Below are positions 17,666-25,482 of a DNA stretch of 32,000 nt, one piece after another. The position numbers were made by a program, and so were the translations under genes. The DNA comes from Geotalea daltonii FRC-32 (GTDB lineage: Bacteria > Desulfobacterota > Desulfuromonadia > Geobacterales > Geobacteraceae), in NCBI RefSeq assembly GCF_000022265.1, contig NC_011979.1:1440001-1472000 (forward strand). Direction: 5' to 3'. Within the stretch, counting starts at the first letter, position 1. Each line of letters starts with the position of its first letter. The notes beneath the pieces were generated by a model, which saw only the letters and a program-made list of their open reading frames with translations, ran no database searches and was not told the DNA's origin.

Positions 17666-18448
17666 TCAGGAAAAAATGGCCCATTCCTTATTTCTTATCC
17701 CGTCCCTGATTCTATTCACATAAGAGGCGTCGGCAGTTTCCCGGCACAGGCAATGGTAGACAGTGCGCAGAGCCTTCAGCTGGCTGATTTCCTCCCTGAC
17801 CTGCATGGTGTCGGGAGGAGGTGAGGCGTCTGCTGTCCGGGGTTTGAACCATCCCTGGGACAGGCCGAAGCGAACCCATTGGTTGCACGAGCAGCTGCCG
17901 GACTTGTTAATCAGCTGACATCGGTCATCCATGTAACCAAACCATCGTTCCTTTGCCCGATGCAGGGCTGTTTTTACCGAACCCACCGAACATTCCAGGA
18001 TTTCAGCCACCAGCTTGTGGGGTAGGCCCAAGGTGATCGCCAGGCAAAAAACCTTGCGCTGCTCCAGGGGCAGACATTCGGTCAAGCTGTGCAGGCACTT
18101 GATCCGCACCTGATTGGCCAGCAGTTCGGTTTCAGGATTGTTGGCGGGATTGGGGTCGAGGATATCTTCGAGCACATAACCGAAATCCTCGGTAAGTGCA
18201 TGAACAGGGAACTTGGTTCGCTGCCTCAGGTAATCATTGGCAACATTCAGGGCAATGCGGTAGATCCAGGTAGAAAATGCGCATCCGTCGCGAAACTCGC
18301 CGTAGGAACGGAATGCCCTGAGAAAAGCCTCCTGGGTCACTTCTTCAGCGTCGTGGCTATTCCCGGTGAGCCCCAAGGCCAGTTTGTACAACATATCCCT
18401 GTTGTCGCGGTACAACTGGTCGAAAAGCTCAGCCAGATCATCTGACAT
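17666..18448 (-). CDS. ECF-type sigma-70 family factor with a ~100-aa Cys-rich C-terminal extension
   Basis: Region 2 reads EEVTQEAFLRAFRSYGEF...STWIYRIALNVANDYLR. Region 4 reads LPLEQRKVFCLAITLGLPHKLVAEILECSVGSVKTALHRAKERW. The extension reads DDRCQLINKSGSCSCNQW...YHCLCRE. I prefer ATG 18448 (GGAGGAG 9 nt upstream). ATG 18466 overlaps the upstream stop as TAATG. Confidence 0.85.
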   Translation of the reverse strand: MSDDLAELFDQLYRDNRDMLYKLALGLTGNSHDAEEVTQEAFLRAFRSYGEFRDGCAFSTWIYRIALNVANDYLRQRTKFPVHALTEDFGYVLEDILDPNPANNPETELLANQVRIKCLHSLTECLPLEQRKVFCLAITLGLPHKLVAEILECSVGSVKTALHRAKERWFGYMDDRCQLINKSGSCSCNQWVRFGLSQGWFKPRTADASPPPDTMQVREEISQLKALRTVYHCLCRETADASYVNRIRDGIRNKEWAIFS

Positions 18449-18465
18449 GGGGACTAGCTCCTCCA

Positions 18466-18816
18466 TTATTTACAGCTGCAGTCGAAGTCCCATGTGCATG
18501 AGGAATAAGTCTTTATGCACTTTCCATTTTGGTCGTAGGCGATGCATTCAGGCGTGCAGCACATGCATCCCTGCAATTTCAGATTCGTTCCCCCAGTCTG
18601 CTTCATCTGAATACCGTTGGCAAATCTGGCGACCTCACGTCCGTTCTGGTCTACGATGGCGTTTCCGTCATCAGAGATGCGCAGTTCCTTTTTTTCAACT
18701 TGAATCAGCTGCTTTGCAGCCTCGGGTTCTGCAGCATTGGCCAATGTGGTCCCCAGGTTAAGAAGCAAAAAGGTTGCAGTCGTTACCGTGGTGATTTGCA
18801 GAATTTTGTTGAGCAT
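18466..18816 (-). CDS. Secreted Cys-rich mini-protein (signal peptide; 8 Cys in the last 33 residues)
   Basis: The signal peptide MLNKILQITTVTTATFLLLNLGTTLANA is followed by AEPE. The C-terminus reads GCMCCTPECIAYDQNGKCIKTYSSCTWDFDCSCK*. AAGGAG lies 6 nt before ATG 18816. The gene sits directly upstream of the sigma factor in the same operon. Confidence 0.65.
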   Translation of the reverse strand: MLNKILQITTVTTATFLLLNLGTTLANAAEPEAAKQLIQVEKKELRISDDGNAIVDQNGREVARFANGIQMKQTGGTNLKLQGCMCCTPECIAYDQNGKCIKTYSSCTWDFDCSCK

Positions 18817-18847
18817 GTCTTTCTCCTTTTTTGATGTGGGTAGCAGA

Positions 18848-18873
18848 GTCGATCTGGTAATGCATCAGTTCAA
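18848..18873 (-). promoter_or_regulatory. Candidate ECF-type promoter (TGAAC-N16-CGAC) upstream of the Cys-rich/sigma operon
   Basis: The minus strand reads GTTGAAC-TGATGCATTACCAGAT-CGACTC about 30 nt upstream of ATG 18816. This resembles the GGAAC-N16/17-CGT pattern of autoregulated ECF promoters. Pattern match only. Confidence 0.3.
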
Positions 18874-19182
18874 CGGAATTTTTTTACATGTGGCAATGTG
18901 TCTATGGATGAACCTGACATCAAGTGCTAATTTTGTGCAGCATTGTACCTGCAAAAGCCTTAAGAAAAAATAAAAATTAAGAGGAAGAAATGGATATGGG
19001 CAAATCTTTTGTCATCTGCGTGGTTTTTATTTGAGTCTGCTCGGATCAAGTGCATTCGCAGTAACAGATACTATGGCTGCCGTCTGATCCTGTCTTTCAG
19101 CTGGTTGTATTGGGCGTCATTGGGGAAAAGGATGTTAGACTTGTGGTAGGAGAATCAAACGGGCGGGTAGAGAGGAGGAGCA

Positions 19183-19914
19183 ATGGCCAAGGTACAGATC
19201 GGCTGCAGCGGCTTCAATTACAACCACTGGCGCGGCACCTTCTATCCAGAGAAGCTGCCGCAACGGCTCTGGTTCGCCCATTATTTCTCCGTCTTTTCCA
19301 CCGTGGAGCTGAACGTCACCTTTTATCGGCTGCCCCAGCTCTCGGTTTTCCAGCACTGGCGGGAACAAACGCCGGAAAATTTCCAGTTCGTCATTAAGGG
19401 GAGCCGCTTCATTACCCATATCAAAAAACTGAAAGAGGTTGAGGAGCCCCTGCAGCGTTTTTTTGACGCGGCATCAGGGCTGGGTGACAAGCTGCGGGTT
19501 GTGCTCTGGCAGCTGGCGCCCTCCTTTTTCCTGGATCTGGAACGACTTAGCCGATTCCTTGAGCTGCTGGACCGTTACCCGGTGCGCAATGCCTTCGAGT
19601 TCCGCAATGAAAGCTGGTTCTGTGAACAGGGTGTGGAGTTGTGCCGCGGGCACAATGCCGCCATCTGTCTGGCCGACTGGCCCCAATACCTCTATGAATG
19701 GGCTCCGACCGCCGACTTTATCTATCTGCGCCGCCACGGCCACGGGGGAGATTACGCCGCCTGCTACAGCGAGGAGGAACTGAGCCGGGATGCGGAACGT
19801 ATCCGCTCCTATCTGAAAGACGGGCGGGATGTGTATATTTACTACAACAACGATGCCCTTGGTTTTGCCCCCCAAAATGCCCTGCGGCTCGCAGAATTGC
19901 TGCAACTTCGATAG
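19183..19914 (+). CDS. DUF72 (YecE/UPF0759) family protein
   Basis: IGCSGFNYNHWRGTFYPEKLP...YFSVFSTVELNVTFYRLP and ...YIYYNND match the DUF72 pattern as I recall it. GAGGAGG lies upstream of ATG 19183. Confidence 0.85.
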   Translation: MAKVQIGCSGFNYNHWRGTFYPEKLPQRLWFAHYFSVFSTVELNVTFYRLPQLSVFQHWREQTPENFQFVIKGSRFITHIKKLKEVEEPLQRFFDAASGLGDKLRVVLWQLAPSFFLDLERLSRFLELLDRYPVRNAFEFRNESWFCEQGVELCRGHNAAICLADWPQYLYEWAPTADFIYLRRHGHGGDYAACYSEEELSRDAERIRSYLKDGRDVYIYYNNDALGFAPQNALRLAELLQLR

Positions 19915-20033
19915 GTTATTGTCTCTGTCCCCTGTTGTGCCGGCCAATTTCCAATGGAAAATCCTGCCAGTTTGTGTCTAAATGGAATGCGTGTTTGAAA
20001 CAAAAGCAAGGATAACAAAGGAACAATCAGGTC

Positions 20034-21092
20034 ATGAACGTTGAGCAGATGAAAACGGTTCTCAAGGAAATCCTCACCAAGACCGATCTCACTCCCTGTG
20101 TGGTCGGCCATCGCGGCGTCGGCAAGACCGCCGGCGTTATCCAGCTGTGCCGGGAGCTGGGGCGCAGCTACGTGCCACTTCGCCTGGGGCAGATGGAGGT
20201 TGGGGACCTGGTGGGGATTCCCTACCGGGAGGGGACGGTGATGCACTGGTCCCGGCCATCATGGTGGCCGGAGGACGAGGGAGCGGAGACGGTCATCCAT
20301 TGCGACGAGCTGAACCGGGCCCAGCAGGAGGACACCCTGCAGGCCATCTTCCAGTTCGTCGAACCGCCTGCGGAGGGGCAGCAACGCGCCCTGCATACCC
20401 ATAAACTGGGACTGCGCCACAAGGTGGTGGTGACCATCAATCCCCCCGACGGCACTTACCAGGTGGCGACCCTGGACCGGGCGCTCATCGACCGCATGGT
20501 CATGCTTTATGTGGAGAGCGATTACCAGTGCTGGGCCCGCTATGCCGCGGCTCGGGAACTGGACGGCAGTGTTCGCGGTTTTCTTGCCGGCAATCCCGCC
20601 TTCCTGGCCCGTCAGGGAAGCCCGCTGGATATGGATGTGGAGCCCACGGAACGTGGCTGGGAAATGGTCAGCGCCCTGCGCCGGCGTTGTCGTCTCCCTC
20701 GTGAACTGGAGATGGAGGTCTATGCCGGGATCATTGGCAAGGAGGCAGCCGTTTCCTTCTTACGCTGGTGTGTCGATCAGGCATGGCGGCCGGTACCGGC
20801 AACGGAGGTGCTCGATAACTGGCCGGCAGTGGTAGATGCCATCCGCAAGCAGCGGGACGATGCCCAGGCGGCGACCATGAACGAGCTCTTGGGCCTGCTC
20901 CAGGTATCACCCTCCCTGACGCTTCCCCAGGAAGAAAATCTCGTCGCCTATCTGGAATGCCTCCCCCGCGACATGCGCTTTGCTACCATAAAATCTCTGC
21001 TCAAGATCCCCCCTGTGGCTCTGGTCATCAGCCAGGACAAGTACGATACGGTGGTGCTGGACGCCATCCGTGCCATGAGCGCGGAAGCATAG
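20034..21092 (+). CDS. AAA+ ATPase of the MoxR/AAA_5 (NorQ/CbbQ-like) type
   Basis: Walker A VVGHRGVGKTAG and Walker B VIHCDELNRA. An Arg-containing LDRALIDRM segment follows. Confidence 0.8.
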   Translation: MNVEQMKTVLKEILTKTDLTPCVVGHRGVGKTAGVIQLCRELGRSYVPLRLGQMEVGDLVGIPYREGTVMHWSRPSWWPEDEGAETVIHCDELNRAQQEDTLQAIFQFVEPPAEGQQRALHTHKLGLRHKVVVTINPPDGTYQVATLDRALIDRMVMLYVESDYQCWARYAAARELDGSVRGFLAGNPAFLARQGSPLDMDVEPTERGWEMVSALRRRCRLPRELEMEVYAGIIGKEAAVSFLRWCVDQAWRPVPATEVLDNWPAVVDAIRKQRDDAQAATMNELLGLLQVSPSLTLPQEENLVAYLECLPRDMRFATIKSLLKIPPVALVISQDKYDTVVLDAIRAMSAEA

Positions 21093-21095
21093 ACG

Positions 21096-22274
21096 GTGAC
21101 CGATCGGGTCCTGGAAAATGCCATCATTCGCCTGCTGAAGCAGTATCCGTTCTATGGGCAGTTCCTCCTCAATTTCCGCCGGGAAAACATGGCCTGCAAT
21201 GAGCCGCTGGGGGTGACCATCCGTTCGGGTCTGCCGGTCCTGACGGTGGACGGCGGGAGATTTGCCGCACTGCCGCCCATGGAGCAGGAGGGGCTGTTGC
21301 GGCATGCGGTCATGCATGTCCTCCATCTGCACATGTTGCGGCGCAAGGGGCGCAACAGCCATGACTGGGACATGGCCTGCGATCTGGCGGTCAATCCGGG
21401 GATCGAAGGTCTGCCGCCGGAGGCAGCCATGCCGGCGAGCTATGGGCAGCCTGATGGTCTTGCCGCCGAAGAATACTATGCCCGGCTCACCTCCCCCTTT
21501 GATATGGGGAATCTGGCGGGCGGCGGCATCGGTAATGCCGCACAGGATACGGGGGGACATGCGGGGGCGGATGCGAGGAAGGACTCGGCCTTTCACAGGG
21601 GAGCTACCATCGACAGTCATGACTCCTGGCATGAAGCGGACAGCACGCCTTTGAAATTGGGGGAGGAAGTGGTGCAGGGGATGGTCAAAGAGGCGCTGAG
21701 GGCTACCGACGGGGCGGTGCCGCCGGAATTGCGCCAGGTTGTCGAAGGATACCTGACACCTGCTCCCATTCCCTGGAAACAGGTGCTGCGGCAATTCCTT
21801 GCCACCGCCGGGCGGACTGGCCGGCAGACGACCTGGAGCCGCGAGCATCGCCGCTTCGAACACACGACGCCGGGAATCAGGAAGCATCGCAAGCTCAACC
21901 TGCTCGTGGGGGTGGATGTGAGCGATTCCACTAATGCGCCCGTGTTGCGGGAAGCCTTCGCCTGGGAGCTGCAGCAGATAGCCCGCGGTCGGGAAACAAC
22001 CCTCACTGTGGTCTATGCCAACAGCCGCATCCAGAAGATCGAGCACTTGAGCGGCAGAGGAGTGGTGCAGAGCTACCACGGCGGCGGCTTCACCGATCTG
22101 CGGCCCCTCTTCGATCATGCCCGCACCATGCAGCCGCGGCCGACGGCGGTCATCTACCTTACGGATGGATTCGGCGAAGCGCCCGATACCATGGTGATCC
22201 CGACCCTGTGGGTTTTAACCAGGGAGGGGGATAGGCCGGTGCCGTGGGGAGTGGAACTGCGGCTGGATGTTTAG
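21096..22274 (+). CDS. VWA-domain protein with an N-terminal zincin-like (DUF2201/COG3864-type) domain; partner of the AAA ATPase
   Basis: GTG start lies 4 nt after the ATPase stop. The N-terminal domain has HAVMHVLHLH where a zincin HExxH would sit, with the Glu replaced by Ala. The C-terminal VWA fold has an intact MIDAS-like DVSDS (DxSxS) and a later LTDG. Confidence 0.75.
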   Translation: MTDRVLENAIIRLLKQYPFYGQFLLNFRRENMACNEPLGVTIRSGLPVLTVDGGRFAALPPMEQEGLLRHAVMHVLHLHMLRRKGRNSHDWDMACDLAVNPGIEGLPPEAAMPASYGQPDGLAAEEYYARLTSPFDMGNLAGGGIGNAAQDTGGHAGADARKDSAFHRGATIDSHDSWHEADSTPLKLGEEVVQGMVKEALRATDGAVPPELRQVVEGYLTPAPIPWKQVLRQFLATAGRTGRQTTWSREHRRFEHTTPGIRKHRKLNLLVGVDVSDSTNAPVLREAFAWELQQIARGRETTLTVVYANSRIQKIEHLSGRGVVQSYHGGGFTDLRPLFDHARTMQPRPTAVIYLTDGFGEAPDTMVIPTLWVLTREGDRPVPWGVELRLDV

Positions 22275-22352
22275 CCGGTTGTTGAAAAACAGCCATCTCG
22301 CCGCCGTCCTCGAAATTCTCCTTGTGCGGCGTAGCGCTGCTACGCCTCCGCG

Positions 22353-22401
22353 GTCCCCTTAAGCTAAGGGGACCCACAGGGCCTAAAGAGGACAGGAGGG
22401 G
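22353..22401 (-). repeat. Intergenic REP-like repeat, copy 2 (inverted relative to 13143-13190)
   Basis: GTCCCCTTAAGCTAAGGGGACCCACAGGGCCTAAAGAGGACAGGAGGGG. It is immediately preceded by a second hairpin, GGCGTAGC-GCT-GCTACGCC (22328-22346). Confidence 0.85.
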
Positions 22402-22423
22402 TTATGAAAGGAAAGGATAAACC

Positions 22424-22825
22424 ATGGAAGAATATCAACCAATGTCCGCAGAATCGGTGGAAACTCTGCTGAGGGAAGCAGGTGCAGAGACCATGATCAG
22501 GGCCGGCCGCTCGGAAAGCTATGGTGCCCCGCGGGACTTTTCATTCGAGGTGAAGGGGGTCTTCGGCAATGGCATGGGACTGCACGTGGTTGCCCGCCAG
22601 TTCAATTATCGTGACCCATGGGAAGCGGAAGGGCGAGTCAACGACATGGTGGATGTGTCCCTGTTGCGGGACGGAAGCTATTCCCCTCTGCCCAAGGGGT
22701 ACCCCTTTTTCCAGGAGACCGATCTGGAGGAGGGGGTGGACGAGGAACGGTTGCGGGAGATCATCCTTGCGGTGCGGGACCTGAACCCGAAGATCTATCT
22801 GCTGCAGGAACTGACCGGCGGCTGA
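22424..22825 (+). CDS. Hypothetical acidic cytoplasmic protein (133 aa)
   Basis: Clean ORF with AAAGGAAAGGA upstream of the ATG. I recognise no motif. Confidence 0.5.
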   Translation: MEEYQPMSAESVETLLREAGAETMIRAGRSESYGAPRDFSFEVKGVFGNGMGLHVVARQFNYRDPWEAEGRVNDMVDVSLLRDGSYSPLPKGYPFFQETDLEEGVDEERLREIILAVRDLNPKIYLLQELTGG

Positions 22826-22886
22826 CTCTCTATGGGAATATGCCGCCGTGGTGATACACTAAAAGAAAAATCCGAGGTGTGCCGCC

Positions 22887-23072
22887 ATGGTGAAATTTTA
22901 CGATCCGAAAAACGAGGAAGAACTGGCGCGGGTGGAAAAGGTGCTGAAGGCGGAAGGGATAGAATATTTTCTGTCCCGGGAACCGGAGAAGGGGTTGTCA
23001 CTCCAGGTGCAGGTGGCCGAGGAGGATCTGCCCAGGGCCAATGAGCTGATCAAGGAGCTCAGGAAAGATTGA
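22887..23072 (+). CDS. Small DUF2007-like protein (61 aa)
   Basis: MVKFYDPKNEEELARVEKVLKAEGIEYFL...DLPRANELI has the beta-alpha-beta pattern I associate with DUF2007 (putative signal transducing protein). This is a weak, recollection-based call. Confidence 0.5.
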   Translation: MVKFYDPKNEEELARVEKVLKAEGIEYFLSREPEKGLSLQVQVAEEDLPRANELIKELRKD

Positions 23073-23086
23073 AGACGGAATCTTTG

Positions 23087-23123
23087 CTCCCTCTCCCTGA
23101 TGGGGAGGGCTGGGGAGAGGGAG
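23087..23123. repeat. G/C palindrome (REP-like) between convergent genes
   Basis: CTCCCTCTCCC (23087-23097) pairs with GGGAGAGGGAG (23113-23123) around a 15-nt loop. It has the same CTCTCCC/GGGAGAG theme as 16557-16585. Confidence 0.8.
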
Positions 23124-23221
23124 AGATCTGCTGCTTCGAAGGAGTCCAATCCACCCTCCCCATCGCCCCCTCCCATCAAGGGATGGGATAACATCCAGAC
23201 CCATCCTTCACCCTTTTCCCA

Positions 23222-23734
23222 TCATTTTGTATCCCTGATAAACCGCTCCACGAGAAAATCGGCCACGGCAACGTAATCATTCAGATCCAGCACCGGCACG
23301 TCCAGAGTCAAAGGCTGATCGCTGGCAACGGCCACCAGGGTCGGGTCGTTGTTCTCCCCCCGGCAGATGAGGGTCTCGCTCCGCTCTTTCCTGTTCAGCT
23401 CGATCTTCGGCATCCCACCCATCTTATATCCTTCGGTGATAACAATATCTGCGTCGGCAAAATAGGTTGCTACCAGTTCTTCCACGGTGGGGGCTGTCTC
23501 GTGCTGCTTGACCATGGCCAGTTTCTGGGGGGAGCAGATGAGCATGGTGTCTGCGCCGGCGGCAGTTAGCCGGTAGCTGTCCTTTCCCGGATGATCGATG
23601 TCGAAGCGGTGGGCATCGTGTTTGATCACCCCTACTTTGTAGCCGCGACGTTTCAGCTCGGCAATGACCTTTTCCAGCAGGGTAGTCTTGCCGGTACCCG
23701 ATTTTGCCACGAAAGAAACCGCTCTTTTTTCCAT
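23222..23734 (-). CDS. mobB: Molybdopterin-guanine dinucleotide biosynthesis adaptor protein MobB
   Basis: Walker A FVAKSGTGKTTLLEK followed by GVIKHDAHRFDIDHPGKDSYR. I prefer ATG 23734 (MEKRAVSF), which lies 12 nt after the mobA stop, over the longer ORF start at 23803. Confidence 0.85.
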   Translation of the reverse strand: MEKRAVSFVAKSGTGKTTLLEKVIAELKRRGYKVGVIKHDAHRFDIDHPGKDSYRLTAAGADTMLICSPQKLAMVKQHETAPTVEELVATYFADADIVITEGYKMGGMPKIELNRKERSETLICRGENNDPTLVAVASDQPLTLDVPVLDLNDYVAVADFLVERFIRDTK

Positions 23735-23745
23735 ATGGACCTCGC

Positions 23746-24408
23746 TTACTGTTTTATCTGTAACTGTTGCACGTCTTCCGGGGTGTTGAGGTTGCAGAAA
23801 CATCGATCTGCTCCTGCTATGGAGGCCAGCTCCGCCGGGGTTACGGTGCGGGTGGTGATTCGGGGAAAGAGGTCGAGTATGCAGGGATTACCATCTTCCA
23901 GTTGCAGGCGCATTGCCTCCAGACAACCCTTGCCATAGACGGCGAACAGCGGCTGGAGCGCATTGCCGCTCTCGGCAATTACCGCATCGAACCCATGGCG
24001 CAGGGAGAGGAGATGGTCCATGACCATGCCTGAAGGGTAGGGGATATCGCAGGCCGAGACGAAGATGTAAGGGGTCTCGGCAAAGGAAAGGCCGGTGTAG
24101 AGCCCTCCCAGGGCGTAACCGGGGTAGATATCCTGGTGATGGCGGACGTTGTACCCGGCAAAACGTTCCGCTTCCCCACCGATGACGAGGACAGCGGCGA
24201 ATTTGCAGGCAAAGAGCCTGATGATCCGTTCCACAATGGGGAGCCCGTCGATGGGGATGAACGCTTTGTCCCGCCCCATGCGGCGGCTTTTCCCGCCGGC
24301 AAGAACGACGCCGGTCACTGAGTGATGAAAGGTGTTTTCCACAATGGCAGCCTGCGATCTATGAGACAGTGAGATGATCCGTGGCAAGTGATTCGGGTGG
24401 GTCGACAT
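23746..24408 (-). CDS. mobA: Molybdenum cofactor guanylyltransferase MobA
   Basis: GVVLAGGKSRRMGRDKAF is the N-terminal NTP-binding signature. ATG 24408 would overlap the LysR 3-prime end by 50 nt. GTG 24341 (VENTFHH...) avoids the overlap and may be the true start. Confidence 0.85.
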   Translation of the reverse strand: MSTHPNHLPRIISLSHRSQAAIVENTFHHSVTGVVLAGGKSRRMGRDKAFIPIDGLPIVERIIRLFACKFAAVLVIGGEAERFAGYNVRHHQDIYPGYALGGLYTGLSFAETPYIFVSACDIPYPSGMVMDHLLSLRHGFDAVIAESGNALQPLFAVYGKGCLEAMRLQLEDGNPCILDLFPRITTRTVTPAELASIAGADRCFCNLNTPEDVQQLQIKQ

Positions 24409-25330
24409 CCAGTGCCCGATAAATACCGAGGATGAAGTCGAGCAGGATGGGATCGATCTTGTGCTGCTCGTTCAACACCAGGTTGCGGGCCCTGGCTGAT
24501 GCGAAACCGGTGGCGTGGTGGGCCACCAGAGAGCCCTCTTCCAGATATTTAGCCACCATGCTCCGGGAGATGAAGGTTATTCCTTGCCCAGCCACGACCT
24601 CGTTGATGATGAACGGAATGTCGTCGAAAAAGACCGTATTAGCAAAGTCGCTGCTGTTTTTCCCCAAGCCCAGCATGCTTTTGTCCAGAAATCGCCTGGC
24701 GCAGCATCCGGCCTTCTTGCAGTAAAGACGTTCCCCGAGCAGCAATTCGATATCGATAGAGGGAGTGGATAGTCCCAGTTTTGGTGAACTGACGAAGATC
24801 ATCTCATCCTCTGGCAAGGAATATGCCTTGAATGCTCCCAGATTCAGATCCTCACAGTATTCGATCAGCGCCAGGTCGAATATCCCCTCCTTAAGTCCCT
24901 GCAGGGCAGTTTCGGGCATCTCGAAGACGAATTTCAGGTCGCTGGTTTCGGAATGGTTGGCCATGAAATCTTTGAGAATTCCCGGCAAATAGCTCGTGCC
25001 AAAGGGGAACGTGCAGCAAAAGCTGATCTTGCGACGTCCCTTTTGCGCCTGAAACTCCTCCAGTATCTCCCGTTCTATGTTCAGCACCTGTTGAGCTTTT
25101 TCCAGAAGGATCAATCCGGCCGGCGTCGGTTTCAGGACCGGTCCCGACCGTTCCAGCAGCAGTTGGCCGTAGTGCTCCTCCAAAGCCTGAATCCTTCTGG
25201 ATACAGCCGATTGGGTGACGCACAGGTTCAAGGCGGCTTTGGAAAAACTGCCCACCTTGGCCAGGACAAGAAGTGTTTTGAGGTAGGTAAAATCCACGGT
25301 TTTTGCCTGTAGAATGCGGTGTATGCGCAA
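24359..25330 (-). CDS. LysR-family transcriptional regulator
   Basis: The N-terminal wHTH reads FTYLKTLLVLAKVGSFSKAALNLCVTQSAVSRRIQALEEHYG, followed by a periplasmic-binding-protein-like effector domain. The track start 25330 is TTG. GTG 25297 (giving MDFTYLK...) is a plausible alternative. Confidence 0.88.
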   Translation of the reverse strand: MRIHRILQAKTVDFTYLKTLLVLAKVGSFSKAALNLCVTQSAVSRRIQALEEHYGQLLLERSGPVLKPTPAGLILLEKAQQVLNIEREILEEFQAQKGRRKISFCCTFPFGTSYLPGILKDFMANHSETSDLKFVFEMPETALQGLKEGIFDLALIEYCEDLNLGAFKAYSLPEDEMIFVSSPKLGLSTPSIDIELLLGERLYCKKAGCCARRFLDKSMLGLGKNSSDFANTVFFDDIPFIINEVVAGQGITFISRSMVAKYLEEGSLVAHHATGFASARARNLVLNEQHKIDPILLDFILGIYRALDVDPPESLATDHLTVS

Positions 25331-25361
25331 AGCGCATGGAGCCGATGAGAATGTTTCGTTT

Positions 25362-25380
25362 GAATATATTGCAGATATTC
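25362..25380. promoter_or_regulatory. Candidate LysR-type operator (GAATAT-N7-ATATTC; contains T-N11-A)
   Basis: A perfect 6-bp inverted repeat lies in the divergent intergenic region between the LysR gene and the heme/rhodanese gene. T25365-N11-A25377 fits the generic LTTR box. Confidence 0.35.
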
Positions 25381-25482
25381 CGGTAGATTACAAGTCTAAA
25401 GTTGCTTGTTCACTGGACGAAGACAACGCCCGCCTTTCTTTGGCGAAAAGATTTAAATTGTACAAATAGAAATGGAGGTTGT

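Noticed and set aside
18817-19182. Possible ncRNA or 14-aa micro-ORF (ATG 18990, MDMGKSFVICVVFI*) in the 365-bp divergent intergenic region
   Set aside because: I could not see a convincing structure, terminator or conserved motif. The micro-ORF is too short to support from sequence alone.
20907-22118. 403-aa minus-strand ORF
   Set aside because: It is antisense to the AAA/VWA pair, which has Walker A/B and MIDAS motifs. Its composition is that of a shadow ORF.
13143-22401. Inverted repeats as termini of a transposon or genomic island
   Set aside because: No transposase, integrase or recombinase lies between them. The enclosed genes are mostly housekeeping (lipA, M23 peptidase). The repeats are hairpin-containing and sit next to other REP-like palindromes, so a dispersed REP/MITE family is more likely.
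25402-25482. Longer N-terminal extensions offered by the track (25402 for the rhodanese protein; also 30097, 14208, 1003, 23803)
   Set aside because: The internal ATGs (25483, 30169, 14250, 1060, 23734) have good SD sequences. They give canonical N-termini or signal peptides and avoid overlap with upstream genes.
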